64,000 nucleotides of DNA, taken from assembly GCA_964441285.1 (NCBI GenBank), contig CAYTUK010000001.1, positions 225,662 through 289,661 of the forward strand, in the 5' to 3' direction. A model generated the notes under the pieces. It worked only from the letters and a program-made list of their open reading frames with translations, did no database searches and was not told where the DNA came from. Below, piece after piece: positions 19,484-29,723 of this stretch (positions within the stretch are counted from its first letter, which is position 1; each line of letters opens with the position of its first letter). The stretch comes from an uncultured Thiotrichaceae bacterium (GTDB lineage: Bacteria; Pseudomonadota; Gammaproteobacteria; SZUA-229). Position numbers and translations under genes: made by a program.

Positions 19484-20178
19484 GGATAATATTAAGTATT
19501 GGAGTGGTGGTTATGGTTGTTTTTACCACCCTTGTTGGAACCGCGTATGCCGATGAAGTTGCGTTGCCGACTGCGAAGTACAAGTTCGATAAAGAAACCA
19601 TTATTCGTGGAGGCATATTTTTTGCCCAGAACTGCCTGGCATGTCACAGTATGAAGTATATTCGTTACAACCGTCTGGCGGTAGACCTCGGGCTAAATAA
19701 AGAATTCATTAAGCGTAACTTTATGCTCCCGTCGGGGGCTAAATATTTACGTGGTATGACAACGGTTATGCCCCCAAAGCTTGCTGCCAGATGGCTTGGT
19801 GTTACACCACCCGATTTAACACTGGTTGCGCGTTACCGAGGTGTGGACTGGATCTACAACTATCTAAGAAGTTTTTATTGGGATCCCAGTAAATCAACCG
19901 GATGGAATAACCATGTTTTTCCAGGTGTCGCGATGCCAAATGTGCTGTTTTCATATAGCGGTGTAGTTGACAGCAAGGGACGTGTACTTAAAAAGGCCAG
20001 TCATAGTCATCAGAAATATGATGAAGTAATAACTAACCTTATAGCATGGATGCGATATACCAGTGACCCTTCGATTATCATTCGTAGACAGATCAGCCCT
20101 TATGTTATTGGGTTCCTGTTAATTTTTACACTGCTTGCGTATCTTTTAAAACGTGCTTACTGGCGCGATGTACATTAG
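19480..20178 (+). CDS. petC: Cytochrome c1
   Basis: 232-aa ORF with a signal peptide, haem motif CLACHSM, PPDLTLVARYRG, and a C-terminal TM anchor. The start overlaps the petB stop by 4 bp. Confidence 0.9.
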   Translation: MRIILSIGVVVMVVFTTLVGTAYADEVALPTAKYKFDKETIIRGGIFFAQNCLACHSMKYIRYNRLAVDLGLNKEFIKRNFMLPSGAKYLRGMTTVMPPKLAARWLGVTPPDLTLVARYRGVDWIYNYLRSFYWDPSKSTGWNNHVFPGVAMPNVLFSYSGVVDSKGRVLKKASHSHQKYDEVITNLIAWMRYTSDPSIIIRRQISPYVIGFLLIFTLLAYLLKRAYWRDVH

Positions 20179-20272
20179 CGCTCCCTCTGATGTAAAGGCA
20201 CAGAGCTAGCAGCCAGGCCTGGGTATTGTCCGACCTGCTCCTGGTGGGGGCATTATCGCTATAATGCCGACT

Positions 20273-21712
20273 CTATAGTGCAGTCGAACGTATCACCATC
20301 ATTTTCTCTACCTGCATGTCTCTAAACGTGTGTGGTATGCCGCCGATACCAAAACCAGAATGTTTCAGACCCGCAAATGGCATCCAGTCGACACGAAAAG
20401 CGGTGTGGTCATTGACCATTACGGCGGATGCATCCAGTTGTTTGAAAGCATACATGCAGGTGTCAATGTTTTTCGAGAAGACTGCTGCCTGGAATGCGAC
20501 ATCAAGACTGTTGGCGCAAGTTATAGCCTCTGCTATATCGGTATAGGTATAAATGCAAACGACTGGGCCAAAAATCTCATTACTGGTAATGATGGCATCT
20601 GCTGAAGGATTAAATAAAACCGTTGCTTCATAACAGCTGGCTGAAATTTTATTGCCTCCGGTTATACATTCAGCGCCCTTGTCAATTGCATCCTCTACCC
20701 ACGCATGAACACGATCTGTTTCAGCATGGCGAATTAAAGGCCCAATGTCGGTATCTTCTTTTGTTGGGTCGCCAATTTTCATTTGTTTTACTGCTGTGGC
20801 GATATGTTCGGCAAGTTTACGCGCGATAGATTTATGTGCATAAATACGTTGAACCGATACACAGACCTGTCCGGCGTGATAGAAACCTGCTTTGGTCAGC
20901 AGTGGCACAGTCTCGTCCATATTGGCATCTTCAGCGACAATCACTGGGGCAACACCACCATGTTCAAGTGCGCAACGCGTACCGGCTGCGAGTTTGGAGC
21001 GTAACATCCAGCCTACATTGGCGCTGCCAATAAAGCTGAAAAAAGCGACTCGCTTATCGGTAACCAGGGCTGTGGCAGTTTCATGATCTGAGGTGATAAT
21101 GCCCTGACACCATGCTTCTGGTAGACCCGCTTCACGAAAAATCTGGATTAGTCGAAAACATGACAAAGGTGTATCTTCAGCAGGTTTAATAATAACCGGA
21201 CAACCCGAAGCAACTGCTGGCCCAATCTGATGCACGGCAAGATTAAGTGGGTGGTTAAATGCACTGACGGCGACGACAACGCCAATAGGCTCATGTGTGG
21301 TAAATGCCAGCCGGTTCATTGACGCAGCATTTTTACTCATTGGAACTTCTTCACCATGTATCGTCCGTAATACTTCGATGCAGTTGCGTATGCCATCAAT
21401 GGCGCGAGTCACTTCTACACGGGAATCAATTAGAGGTTTACCGCCTTCGCGTGCTGCTTCAAGAGCCAGCATTTCGAAACGTGACTGCATGATCATGGCC
21501 GTTTTATTTAATATGTCGATACGGGTTTCAGCGTCCAGCCATTTCGAGCGGTCACGGAAAAGACTATGAGCGGTATTAAGTGCAATATTCACTGCGGTTT
21601 TATCACCGATTTCGACGGTAGCAATGTGACTGTCATCGAAAGGGGCAGTCACATTAATTTCACCTATGGCAGCGGCACCGGGAACCAGTAATTTAAAATG
21701 TTCAGTCATCAT
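20273..21712 (-). CDS. NAD(P)+-dependent aldehyde dehydrogenase
   Basis: 479-aa ORF with FSFIGSANVG, LEHGGVAPVIV, catalytic region GQVCVS, and EIFGPV. Confidence 0.9.
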   Translation of the reverse strand: MMTEHFKLLVPGAAAIGEINVTAPFDDSHIATVEIGDKTAVNIALNTAHSLFRDRSKWLDAETRIDILNKTAMIMQSRFEMLALEAAREGGKPLIDSRVEVTRAIDGIRNCIEVLRTIHGEEVPMSKNAASMNRLAFTTHEPIGVVVAVSAFNHPLNLAVHQIGPAVASGCPVIIKPAEDTPLSCFRLIQIFREAGLPEAWCQGIITSDHETATALVTDKRVAFFSFIGSANVGWMLRSKLAAGTRCALEHGGVAPVIVAEDANMDETVPLLTKAGFYHAGQVCVSVQRIYAHKSIARKLAEHIATAVKQMKIGDPTKEDTDIGPLIRHAETDRVHAWVEDAIDKGAECITGGNKISASCYEATVLFNPSADAIITSNEIFGPVVCIYTYTDIAEAITCANSLDVAFQAAVFSKNIDTCMYAFKQLDASAVMVNDHTAFRVDWMPFAGLKHSGFGIGGIPHTFRDMQVEKMMVIRSTAL

Positions 21713-21913
21713 TTATTCTCCTTTTATTTTGTTGTTTGACGCAGAGATACTAACAGGATGGATGATATATAATCTGGAAAGCAATGGATATTAGCCATAC
21801 TTTTTAATTCGGGTTAAAACAGATAGCTGTGATAGAATAGAACGATTACTATTCAAAAGCTAAATTAATAAATTTAATATTAAAACAGATATGGTGGCCA
21901 GAGGTTAATACAG

Positions 21914-22423
21914 ATGAAAACTAAAGTAATGACACTGGTTATAATTATATTTTCTTTAGCTGTTTTTCGATTGCTACCGCATTTGCCGAATGTATCGCCT
22001 GTAGCAGCGATGGCGCTTTTTGGCGGTGTCTACTTTGCAGATAAACGTCTGGCCTTCATTGTTCCTTTCCTCGCCTTGTTATTCAGTGACCTGATACTCG
22101 GGTTGCATAATACGATGTTATTCGTCTATGGCGGATTTGGTCTTACTGTTGTAATTGGCATGTGGTTGAGCCATCGTGTCACGATTACCAATACTGCGCT
22201 TGCAACTATGGTTGCATCGGTTGCTTTTTTCCTGATTACTAATTTTGGTGCCTGGCTTACTTCAGGTATATACGCCAGCACGACTGAAGGTTTAATACAG
22301 GCCTATGTCGCGGGCATCCCTTTCTTTCAGAATTCACTGATGGGTAATCTGGGGTTTGTTGCGCTGATATTTGGCGGTTATGAACTTTTGAAAAATAATA
22401 TTATCGCATTACGACAGACTTGA
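21914..22423 (+). CDS. Integral membrane protein (about 5 TM helices, possibly DUF6580 / S-component-like)
   Basis: 169-aa hydrophobic ORF. The family assignment rests only on loose recall of the LPHLPNVSPVAAMALFGG type of N-terminus. Confidence 0.5.
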   Translation: MKTKVMTLVIIIFSLAVFRLLPHLPNVSPVAAMALFGGVYFADKRLAFIVPFLALLFSDLILGLHNTMLFVYGGFGLTVVIGMWLSHRVTITNTALATMVASVAFFLITNFGAWLTSGIYASTTEGLIQAYVAGIPFFQNSLMGNLGFVALIFGGYELLKNNIIALRQT

Positions 22424-22527
22424 TTTTGTTGTTAAACAATAAATTATCGTAACACAGTCGCTAAGTTTGCTCCCTGCCTGGCTGTAATCCAGTTATTCTT
22501 ATTCAGTTATTCTTTTTCAACCTGCCG

Positions 22528-23301
22528 TTAAGGTTTTAAGCCTGTCCCCCTGGCGAGTAGTCGCAATGAAAACAGGTATAGCACCGCAATAAACGCAATG
22601 ATGATGGTAAACGCAACGGAAACATTGATGTCACTAATACCTAAAATACCATATCGAAAAGCATTAATCATATAAAGAATGGGGTTAGCCATTGATGCAT
22701 CCTGCCAGAATTGTGGCAGCATTTTTATTGAATAGAAAACGCCGCCGAGATAGGTCAGAGGGGTTAAAACAAACGTAGGGACAATGGTGATGTCATCGAA
22801 ACTCCTTGCATACGCAGCATTAATAAAACCCGCAAGTGAAAATAATACCGAGGTTAGGAAGAACACGGCAAAACTAATCAGATAACTGTGTACCTGAATT
22901 TCGGTAAAAAACATAGATACAATGGTTACGATAATACCAACGATAATGCCGCGTGCAACCCCACCGGAAACAAAACCGATCAGAATAATGTTATTTGATA
23001 AGGGTGAGACCAGCATTTCTTCGATACTATGCTGAAATTTTGCACTGAAAAACGAGGAAACAACATTGGAGTAGGCATTGGTAATAACCGACATTAATAT
23101 TAATCCGGGTACAATGTAATTCATATAGCTGTAACCATCAATGTCCGCGATCTGGGAACCAATGAGTCGGCCGAAGATAATAAAATACAGGCTAACAGTT
23201 ATTGCAGGAGGCAATATGGTTTGTATCCAGATGCGGATAAAGCGTAAAAATTCTTTTATAATGATGGTTTGCAGTGCGACCCATTTTTGAGAAAAATTCA
23301 T
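22528..23301 (-). CDS. yadH: ABC-2 type transporter permease (YadH-like)
   Basis: 257-aa ORF with 6 TM helices, 4-bp overlap with the upstream ATPase gene. Confidence 0.8.
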   Translation of the reverse strand: MNFSQKWVALQTIIIKEFLRFIRIWIQTILPPAITVSLYFIIFGRLIGSQIADIDGYSYMNYIVPGLILMSVITNAYSNVVSSFFSAKFQHSIEEMLVSPLSNNIILIGFVSGGVARGIIVGIIVTIVSMFFTEIQVHSYLISFAVFFLTSVLFSLAGFINAAYARSFDDITIVPTFVLTPLTYLGGVFYSIKMLPQFWQDASMANPILYMINAFRYGILGISDINVSVAFTIIIAFIAVLYLFSLRLLARGTGLKP

Positions 23302-24242
23302 GATTGGGTAACTGTTTGAGGCTGCATATTGCTTTTGGTTTTAATCATAGAAACAAATAATTGTTCGAGCCGGTTAGTTTTATTTTTCATCCCATGCACG
23401 TCAATGCCGCATTGCTTTAACAGGTTAAAAACGTCGCTTAGTAGCTGCGTATCAAGTACATCAATCTCCAGTGTGGTTTTGTCCACATAACGAACGGTAA
23501 AGTCGCCACAGTGTGGTAATGATGTAATTTCATTCTTAAGATAGAGGACAAATGTTTCCTGGTGGAGTCTGTCCAACAGTTTGCGCATACTGGTCTGCTC
23601 AATGGTAACACCGTGATCAATAATAGCGATGGTATTGCACAGACTTTCTGCCTCTTCCAGGTAGTGTGTGGTGAGGATAATTGTCGTACCTTGCTGATTA
23701 ATCTGTTTTAAAAACGTCCACATGCTGTGACGAATTTCTATATCGACTCCAGCTGTTGGTTCATCCAGTATCAGCAACTCTGGCTGGTGCATCAGCGCAC
23801 GCGCAATCATTAGCCGACGTTTCATGCCGCTGGATAATTCTTTTGCCATGTGGGCACGTTTGTCCCATAGGTCCAGTTGTGTCAGGTAGGTTTTGGCTCG
23901 CTGCCGGGCTGTTATCCGATCAATACCGTAATAACCTGCCTGGTTAATAAGAATTTCCTCAATTGGCTCAAAAATATTAAAGTTAAACTCCTGTGGTACC
24001 AGGCCAATATGCATACGTGTAGTAGCGCTCTGCTGATCCATGTTCTGCCCGAATACTTCAATTTCCCCGGATGTTTTGTTAATCAGTGACGAAATAATAC
24101 CAATAACGGTCGATTTACCTGCACCATTGGGGCCTAATAAAGCGAAGAAATCCCCTTTTTTTACTGAAAGATTGACCCCTTTCAGTGCCGTTACACCATT
24201 TCTATAGGTTTTTTGCAGGTTTTTAATGGCTAAAGCGTTCAT
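23298..24242 (-). CDS. yadG: ABC transporter ATP-binding protein (YadG-like)
   Basis: 314-aa ORF with GPNGAGKST, LSSGMKRRLMIARAL and LILDEPTAGVD. Colinear with E. coli YadG as I recall it. Confidence 0.85.
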   Translation of the reverse strand: MNALAIKNLQKTYRNGVTALKGVNLSVKKGDFFALLGPNGAGKSTVIGIISSLINKTSGEIEVFGQNMDQQSATTRMHIGLVPQEFNFNIFEPIEEILINQAGYYGIDRITARQRAKTYLTQLDLWDKRAHMAKELSSGMKRRLMIARALMHQPELLILDEPTAGVDIEIRHSMWTFLKQINQQGTTIILTTHYLEEAESLCNTIAIIDHGVTIEQTSMRKLLDRLHQETFVLYLKNEITSLPHCGDFTVRYVDKTTLEIDVLDTQLLSDVFNLLKQCGIDVHGMKNKTNRLEQLFVSMIKTKSNMQPQTVTQS

Positions 24243-24414
24243 GTTGATTATTATATCTGGATGAAGAAATTTATTGTTATTTACCTGGTGCTAATGTTAC
24301 AGTGTTTATGATAGTAATACGACCGTCTGATAAATTCTTGTATTAGCGGTATGAGAGTGCGGTGTTTTGTTGCAATGAGTAATCCGGTTGGTTATGCGGC
24401 CAAAGAGTGAAACT

Positions 24415-24981
24415 ATGGGTACAAAAGGTGAGGGGAATCGTCAACGTATTGTAACAGCAGCGGATGATCTGTTCTATAAACGCGGTTACAACCAGACCTC
24501 GTTTCAGGATATATCTGAAGCGACTGATATACCACGAGGTAATTTTTATTATTACTTTAAAACTAAAGACGATATTCTGGAGGCTGTGGTACAGGCGCGT
24601 AGCGCGGATTTTACTGCTATGCTACAAAATTTTGAGGCCAGCAGCACTAGCCCGCGAGAGTCGTTATTAATGCTTGTTGGTATGCTGGATACCAATCAGG
24701 ATGGCGTGATTGAGTCGGGTTGCCCGATCGGTTCGCTAAGTTCTGAGTTGGCGAAAGATAATGCTTCTTTGCAGGGTAAATCCCGAATTGTATTTGAGGT
24801 TTTGTATGACTGGGCTGCGAGGCAGTTTAGTGCTTCTGGCGCGGATAAGGCAAATGAACTGGCGATGGATTTATTAGCGCGTATGCAGGGGATAACCGTT
24901 ATGGCCTGTGCATTTAAGGATGCAGTCTTTTTGCAGCGCAGTTTGCAGGGACTTAAAGAATGGGTAAACAGTAAGATTTAG
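24415..24981 (+). CDS. TetR-family transcriptional regulator
   Basis: N-terminal HTH RIVTAADDLFYKRGYNQTSFQDISEATDIPRGNFYYYFKTKDDIL. Confidence 0.88.
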   Translation: MGTKGEGNRQRIVTAADDLFYKRGYNQTSFQDISEATDIPRGNFYYYFKTKDDILEAVVQARSADFTAMLQNFEASSTSPRESLLMLVGMLDTNQDGVIESGCPIGSLSSELAKDNASLQGKSRIVFEVLYDWAARQFSASGADKANELAMDLLARMQGITVMACAFKDAVFLQRSLQGLKEWVNSKI

Positions 24982-25052
24982 AGACTAAAAGCAGCCAGCA
25001 ACATACGGTAATAGATAAAACCGTCGCTTGAAAAATACCGGAGGTGATAATT

Positions 25053-25493
25053 TTGGATATATCGATAGAAGGTAACTATTTAACTGCCTATAAAGGTAAA
25101 TTTACCTCAGTAATGCGTTGGCCTCAACTGGATAAATTCTGGAATTTATTCCGTGGGCAGGCGGATGATGGCTGGTATATTTATGCGGTTGGCGAGCATC
25201 CACCACAGGTCACTGCCTCAAAGCGGCAGTTATTAAAGTTTATTGATGAAGTGGACACCTTGTTGCATAAAGAACATGACGAAGATTATTGCGGTATTGT
25301 GTATATTGATAATCATCAGCATGCTGAATTTATTAAGATTTTTGATCCGAATAATCTGGGCGTTTCCTGTGGTTTTAGTGAAAAGCCACCTTTACCGGGC
25401 TGGATACTTTCCCGGATTCAACCAGTCGAGCTGGAAGCTGCACTTTATCCACCGAAAAATCGCCAGCGCTGGTGGCAGGGAATATTCCAGTAA
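25053..25493 (+). CDS. Hypothetical cytoplasmic protein
   Basis: The ORF-track start at 25044 (GTG) overlaps a GGAGG. An in-frame TTG at 25053 sits 8 nt after it. No family recognised. Confidence 0.5.
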   Translation: MDISIEGNYLTAYKGKFTSVMRWPQLDKFWNLFRGQADDGWYIYAVGEHPPQVTASKRQLLKFIDEVDTLLHKEHDEDYCGIVYIDNHQHAEFIKIFDPNNLGVSCGFSEKPPLPGWILSRIQPVELEAALYPPKNRQRWWQGIFQ

Positions 25494-25535
25494 TGCGGCT
25501 AATTCTCGCTTCTAATCTTCGTTTCTAATTTTCTA

Positions 25536-25820
25536 TTAGTCCGAGTTGTCGGGGCGAACTAAACTATTTTTGACCACTCCTATGGGCTGGTCGGCTTCAC
25601 TGAGAGGGCTGTTTTTTAGCTGCTGGCGTTCTTTATCGTAAGTGTTATAACTTTTTTTTGATCGCTGCATGCAGTCCTGGTATTCCGCTATGGGTAATTT
25701 CAGACAGGCGCTTTCGTGGGATGCCTGCATACCCGCATACCAGTTGCTAGTGCTGCAGCCAGCGGTGTTAATCAGGGCAAGGCTTAACAGGAACAGGTTG
25801 AATGTGAATAAGATTTTCAT
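25536..25820 (-). CDS. Small lipoprotein, last gene of the DUF692/DUF2063 unit
   Basis: 94-aa ORF with lipobox LINTAGC. It starts 39 nt downstream of the DUF2063 gene stop. The mature part contains two further Cys residues. Confidence 0.6.
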   Translation of the reverse strand: MKILFTFNLFLLSLALINTAGCSTSNWYAGMQASHESACLKLPIAEYQDCMQRSKKSYNTYDKERQQLKNSPLSEADQPIGVVKNSLVRPDNSD

Positions 25821-25859
25821 TCTGGTTTAGTTTTTTGGCAGCGAGGTGGTATCCACCCG

Positions 25860-26660
25860 TTACAATGAAACCGGTTTCATTGTAAAACAATCGCTTGTTC
25901 CAAGAATTATACCATACTGGCGTAACTGTTCAAGCGTGGTTTTGCCGCCCTGTTTTACCACGTTAGCATCAGGATGCTTGATTTCATGGATGATAATATC
26001 GATTGCCTGCTCTCCAGTTATCGCTTTACCTTTCATTGCATTTCCTTCAAATAGATTAATTAAACGTGCGGTTGCAGGCGTTATGTTAAGAAATTTAACC
26101 TGATCGTTATTGTTGCGGTAGACGACCAGATGGCTGGCCTGTTCTGGAGGTACTTTGGGCAAGTAATCCGGTCCCATCAGGTGAACTGGAAACTGATAAG
26201 CCAGTGACCACGCCAGTGGTGAGAATACAGGTGGGTTTTTCAGTAAATCACCGTTGGCATTGACATTGGTCATGTCAATGGTTTCAGTGGAGATATGCAA
26301 TGCTATTTCAATCCACTCGTAATGTGCCAGTTCCAGCAATCCGGCGGGATCCTCGGCTTGTGGTGTGCGCTCTTTTTCTAGATATTGGATAAATTCTTCC
26401 GAGATTTTCAGAAAGTAGGGAGTATGAGAGCGGTGGTTGGCGAAAAAATCGCGTACCATTTTATGCCAGTTTTTCTCATTATATATTTTTCGTATAACAG
26501 GAAAACCATTAGCAATAAAATTTTCTATATTGTTATAAAGTAATTCGCGGTAAACAGCCATGCGCCGATCTTCAATGCCTGCAGGGAGTGCATTTTTCTC
26601 CGGGTCGCGGAGATGCGCTGTAAAGGCGTGCTGATGTTGTTTAAACACCGCTTCAGACAT
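25860..26660 (-). CDS. DUF2063-family protein (MbnC/BufC/HvfC-like partner of MNIO enzymes)
   Basis: 266-aa ORF with FKQHQHAFTAHLRDP...YRELLYNNIENFIANGFPV...FFANHRSHTPYF. It overlaps the DUF692 gene by 8 bp. Confidence 0.85.
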   Translation of the reverse strand: MSEAVFKQHQHAFTAHLRDPEKNALPAGIEDRRMAVYRELLYNNIENFIANGFPVIRKIYNEKNWHKMVRDFFANHRSHTPYFLKISEEFIQYLEKERTPQAEDPAGLLELAHYEWIEIALHISTETIDMTNVNANGDLLKNPPVFSPLAWSLAYQFPVHLMGPDYLPKVPPEQASHLVVYRNNNDQVKFLNITPATARLINLFEGNAMKGKAITGEQAIDIIIHEIKHPDANVVKQGGKTTLEQLRQYGIILGTSDCFTMKPVSL

Positions 26661-27534
26661 GTGCTTTCACTGCATTAATCTTATTGAGTTGAGTGTTTAT
26701 GAACGACCATTTAGCTTGTGTCTGCTTAATCTGTGCGACCTCTGTCAGCAGTTCTGGCACGCTGGGGATATTAAAGTCACGTTCCAGTAGTGTTGGAAAG
26801 ACACCGAAATATTCATAGGCCTTATCGAGAATATCCCACACTGGATCAATAATGTCAGCACCGTGAGTATCAATAATTAAGTCCTCAGCCTCATTGTAGT
26901 GACCGGCGATATGTGCATAACGAATACGAGCAGCGGGAAGCTGTTTTAAAAATTCAACTGGATCGTAACAATGGTTGATGGCATTAACATAAATATTATT
27001 TACATCCAGTAGCAGGCCACAGTTAGCTTCTTCCAGTACCGCATTAATAAACTCGATTTCTTCCATTTCTTTGCCCGGTGCAGGGGTGTAGTAGGAAGCA
27101 TTTTCCATAGAAATTTCCTGTTGCAGAATATCCTGCACACAACGGATACGTTCAGCAACATAATGTACCGCTTCCTCAGTGAAAGGCATGGGTAAAAGGT
27201 CGTATAGGTGGCCGTTGTCTGAGCAGTAGGTTAAATGCTCAGAATAATGTTTGATATTGTGAGTGCTAAGAAATTTTCCAATAGCCTTGACAAAGCTTTT
27301 ATCCAGCGGTGTCGGGCTACCGATAGACAGGGAAAGGCCGTGACATACAAAGTCATATTTTTCAGTAAACTGGCGAAATTTTTTACCGAAGCTACCGCCA
27401 ACATTTATCCAGTTCTCTGGAGCAACTTCCATAAAGTCTACTGGTTGCAGAGGATGTTTCAGTAGATCATCAAGTATTTCACGTCGCAGTCCCAGACCTG
27501 CGCCCGTTACGGGATAATTATGTTCTTTTATCAC
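26653..27534 (-). CDS. DUF692-family multinuclear non-haem iron oxidative enzyme (MNIO, MbnB-like)
   Basis: 293-aa ORF with a GTG start. GAGLGLRREI, FMEVAPENW, HGLSLSIGS, YSEHLTY, LLPMPFTEEA, MENASYY, LLLDVNNIYVNAINH, HIAGH, IDTHG and LLERDFNIPS. Confidence 0.9.
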   Translation of the reverse strand: MIKEHNYPVTGAGLGLRREILDDLLKHPLQPVDFMEVAPENWINVGGSFGKKFRQFTEKYDFVCHGLSLSIGSPTPLDKSFVKAIGKFLSTHNIKHYSEHLTYCSDNGHLYDLLPMPFTEEAVHYVAERIRCVQDILQQEISMENASYYTPAPGKEMEEIEFINAVLEEANCGLLLDVNNIYVNAINHCYDPVEFLKQLPAARIRYAHIAGHYNEAEDLIIDTHGADIIDPVWDILDKAYEYFGVFPTLLERDFNIPSVPELLTEVAQIKQTQAKWSFINTQLNKINAVKAHV

Positions 27535-27593
27535 GGTTTTAGTGTTGTGGTTAACATACGTTTAATGCCCTTTGAGCTTCTACATGAGCTGTG

Positions 27594-27625
27594 AATGGGT
27601 ATCCTTTTTATTCGTTTCAGTAATA
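27594..27625. repeat. Solo end-fragment of the MITE-like repeat (copy E)
   Basis: aatgggtatcctttttattcgtttcagtaata, located between the FMN-protein gene and the DUF692 gene. Confidence 0.6.
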
Positions 27626-27750
27626 TGTTGCGCTTAAAATACCTGGCTCTTAATCCATTTTATTCATAATCTATTTATCAGCTGTCCTGATGGACAGAGA
27701 CTGTTAGTCCGTTTTTAAGTTCAATTTTTGTGCTGCGCGTGGCCAGGTGT

Positions 27751-29256
27751 TTATGGCATTTCTTCCTGAGGCTGTGGATATAAGTCTTTTAGGCTGACAG
27801 ATTTACCGCTTGGCTGAACAATTCTGGCATGGCTTCGACCCAGTTCGCGCGCAGTGGCTACCCCACAGGAGTGTGCGATGACACCAACTTCATAGCGTAT
27901 ATTCTGGATATAGTTACAGACGCGTGAAGATTTCTGTTCTGCTACCAACCCATGTTGCAGCTTTCTATCGTGTGTGGTGATGCCAGTTGGACAGGTGTTT
28001 TGATGGCATTGTAATGCCTGTATGCAGCCCAGCGACATCATAAAACCGCGCGCTGAGGTAATAAAATCCGCACCGACGCACATAGCCCAGGCAACCTCTG
28101 ACGGGTTAATTAATTTACCTGAGGCAATAATTTTAACTCGATCACGTAACCCGGTTTCAAATAATGCATCGATAGCCAGTGGCAGACTTTCTTGAATTGG
28201 CAGACCGACATAATCCATTAAGCTCATTGGTGCAGCGCCTGAGCCTCCATCTGCGCTATCAATAGTAATAAAGTCGGGTGCATATTCTTTACCATGCTGC
28301 TTGACTGTTTGTAGAAATTCGCGTAACCAGATTGTATCGCCCAGCACGGCTTTAAAACCGACAGGCTTTCCGGTGACATCACGTATGTGATTGATCATCT
28401 CGATGAGGTTGTCATTATTTTCAATCTCAGGGTGTCGGTTTGGGCTAATAGAATCTTCACCTGCCGTTATGCCTCGGATTTTCGCAATTTCTGCACTGAC
28501 TTTTACCGCCGGTAACATACCACCTTTCCCCGGTTTCGCGCCCTGAGACATTTTTATCTCAAACATTCGAACATTTTCGTGGGCGGCTATTTCACGGAGC
28601 TTTTCATCTGAGAGCTTGCCATTTTTATCGCGCACTCCATATTTTGCGGTTCCAATCTGGAAAACAATGTCGGCATTACCCTCAAGATGGTATGGCGTGA
28701 GTCCACCTTCACCCGTATTTATCCATGCATCAGCTTTTTTTGCACCGTATGATAACGCCTGTATTGCAGGTTTGGAGATGGCACCAAAGCTCATACCTGA
28801 AATATTGAAAAAAGATCGGGCTGTAAATGGGGTGCGTGCAGAGTTTTCACCAATAACAACAGGTTGTGAGTTAACAGCGTCTCTACCGAGTGTGGGGAAA
28901 GCGGTATTAACAAATAAAACGCTACCAGCCGGGCGTAAATCACGAGTAGAGCCAAAGGCAATCGTATTCTGAATATTTTTTGCTGCACGATAAACCCAGG
29001 AACGCTGTGCGCGATTGAAAGGCATTTCTTCTCTATCCATAGTGAAAAAATATTGCCGGAAGAAAGTACCAAGGTGTTCGAAATAATATCGGAAGTGACC
29101 AATAATCGGGTAGTTTCGTCGTATCGCCTGTTTTGTTTGGGTAACATCTGCGATGTAGACACCAACAAGGAATATCAGTAATAGTCCGATAGCAATAATA
29201 AAAGTTATCGCCATCCAGCCCAGCACTTCCAGGCCAAACGATTCAGTGGTGAACAT
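27751..29256 (-). CDS. Membrane-anchored FMN-binding glutamate synthase family protein, paralog 2
   Basis: 501-aa ORF with an N-terminal TM segment, YPIIGHFRY, ISGMSFGAIS, KMSQGAKPGKGG and TIDSADGGSGAAP. Confidence 0.85.
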   Translation of the reverse strand: MFTTESFGLEVLGWMAITFIIAIGLLLIFLVGVYIADVTQTKQAIRRNYPIIGHFRYYFEHLGTFFRQYFFTMDREEMPFNRAQRSWVYRAAKNIQNTIAFGSTRDLRPAGSVLFVNTAFPTLGRDAVNSQPVVIGENSARTPFTARSFFNISGMSFGAISKPAIQALSYGAKKADAWINTGEGGLTPYHLEGNADIVFQIGTAKYGVRDKNGKLSDEKLREIAAHENVRMFEIKMSQGAKPGKGGMLPAVKVSAEIAKIRGITAGEDSISPNRHPEIENNDNLIEMINHIRDVTGKPVGFKAVLGDTIWLREFLQTVKQHGKEYAPDFITIDSADGGSGAAPMSLMDYVGLPIQESLPLAIDALFETGLRDRVKIIASGKLINPSEVAWAMCVGADFITSARGFMMSLGCIQALQCHQNTCPTGITTHDRKLQHGLVAEQKSSRVCNYIQNIRYEVGVIAHSCGVATARELGRSHARIVQPSGKSVSLKDLYPQPQEEMP

Positions 29257-29723
29257 ACAGCGTCCCCTGCGGTAAATTATTTTTAATTTTTATTGTGTTA
29301 TGCCGAAATTACAGCATTACTTAATGTAGTTACTCCACTAATTGTAATCGTTTTTTCAGGTTAAGCTCGATTTTTAAACTATTGCAGGCTCTGTGGATGT
29401 TTTTTTATTGGGATGGATGGCGTTACAGTCAAAACTCCGGGGGTTGTCAAATAGGGCTAATGGGCAGCTAACACTATACGGTTATGGACGGGCCTGATTT
29501 GACAGACAGTTTATTTTCAAAGATGCATACAGGGTGAGCGTCAGTGGTTATAGCTGACGCAAATCCTTCTTTTGTGCCACTTTTGCCGTGCGAGTTGGTT
29601 GCTCGACGCTATCTGTAACCCTGAATATTGAGGCAACGATTAGCGGGTATAACGTTAATGGAAAAATTTGAGTTGTTAGCGCCTATCTTGGTTCAGAAGT
29701 CGTCCTGATGACAGCGCTATCGC

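Noticed and set aside
20249-20268. Hairpin ggcattat-cgct-ataatgcc between the convergent petC and aldehyde dehydrogenase genes
   Set aside because: The stem is only 8 bp with no flanking T/A run on either strand. It may still act as a weak terminator, but the evidence is too thin to annotate.
29574-29610. TGGCAC-like and TTGGTTGC-like strings in the 467-bp spacer, considered as a sigma-54 promoter for the FMN/MNIO genes
   Set aside because: The minus-strand TGGCAC is not followed by TTGC at the required spacing. The plus-strand GG/GC pair is one nucleotide off and faces no gene.
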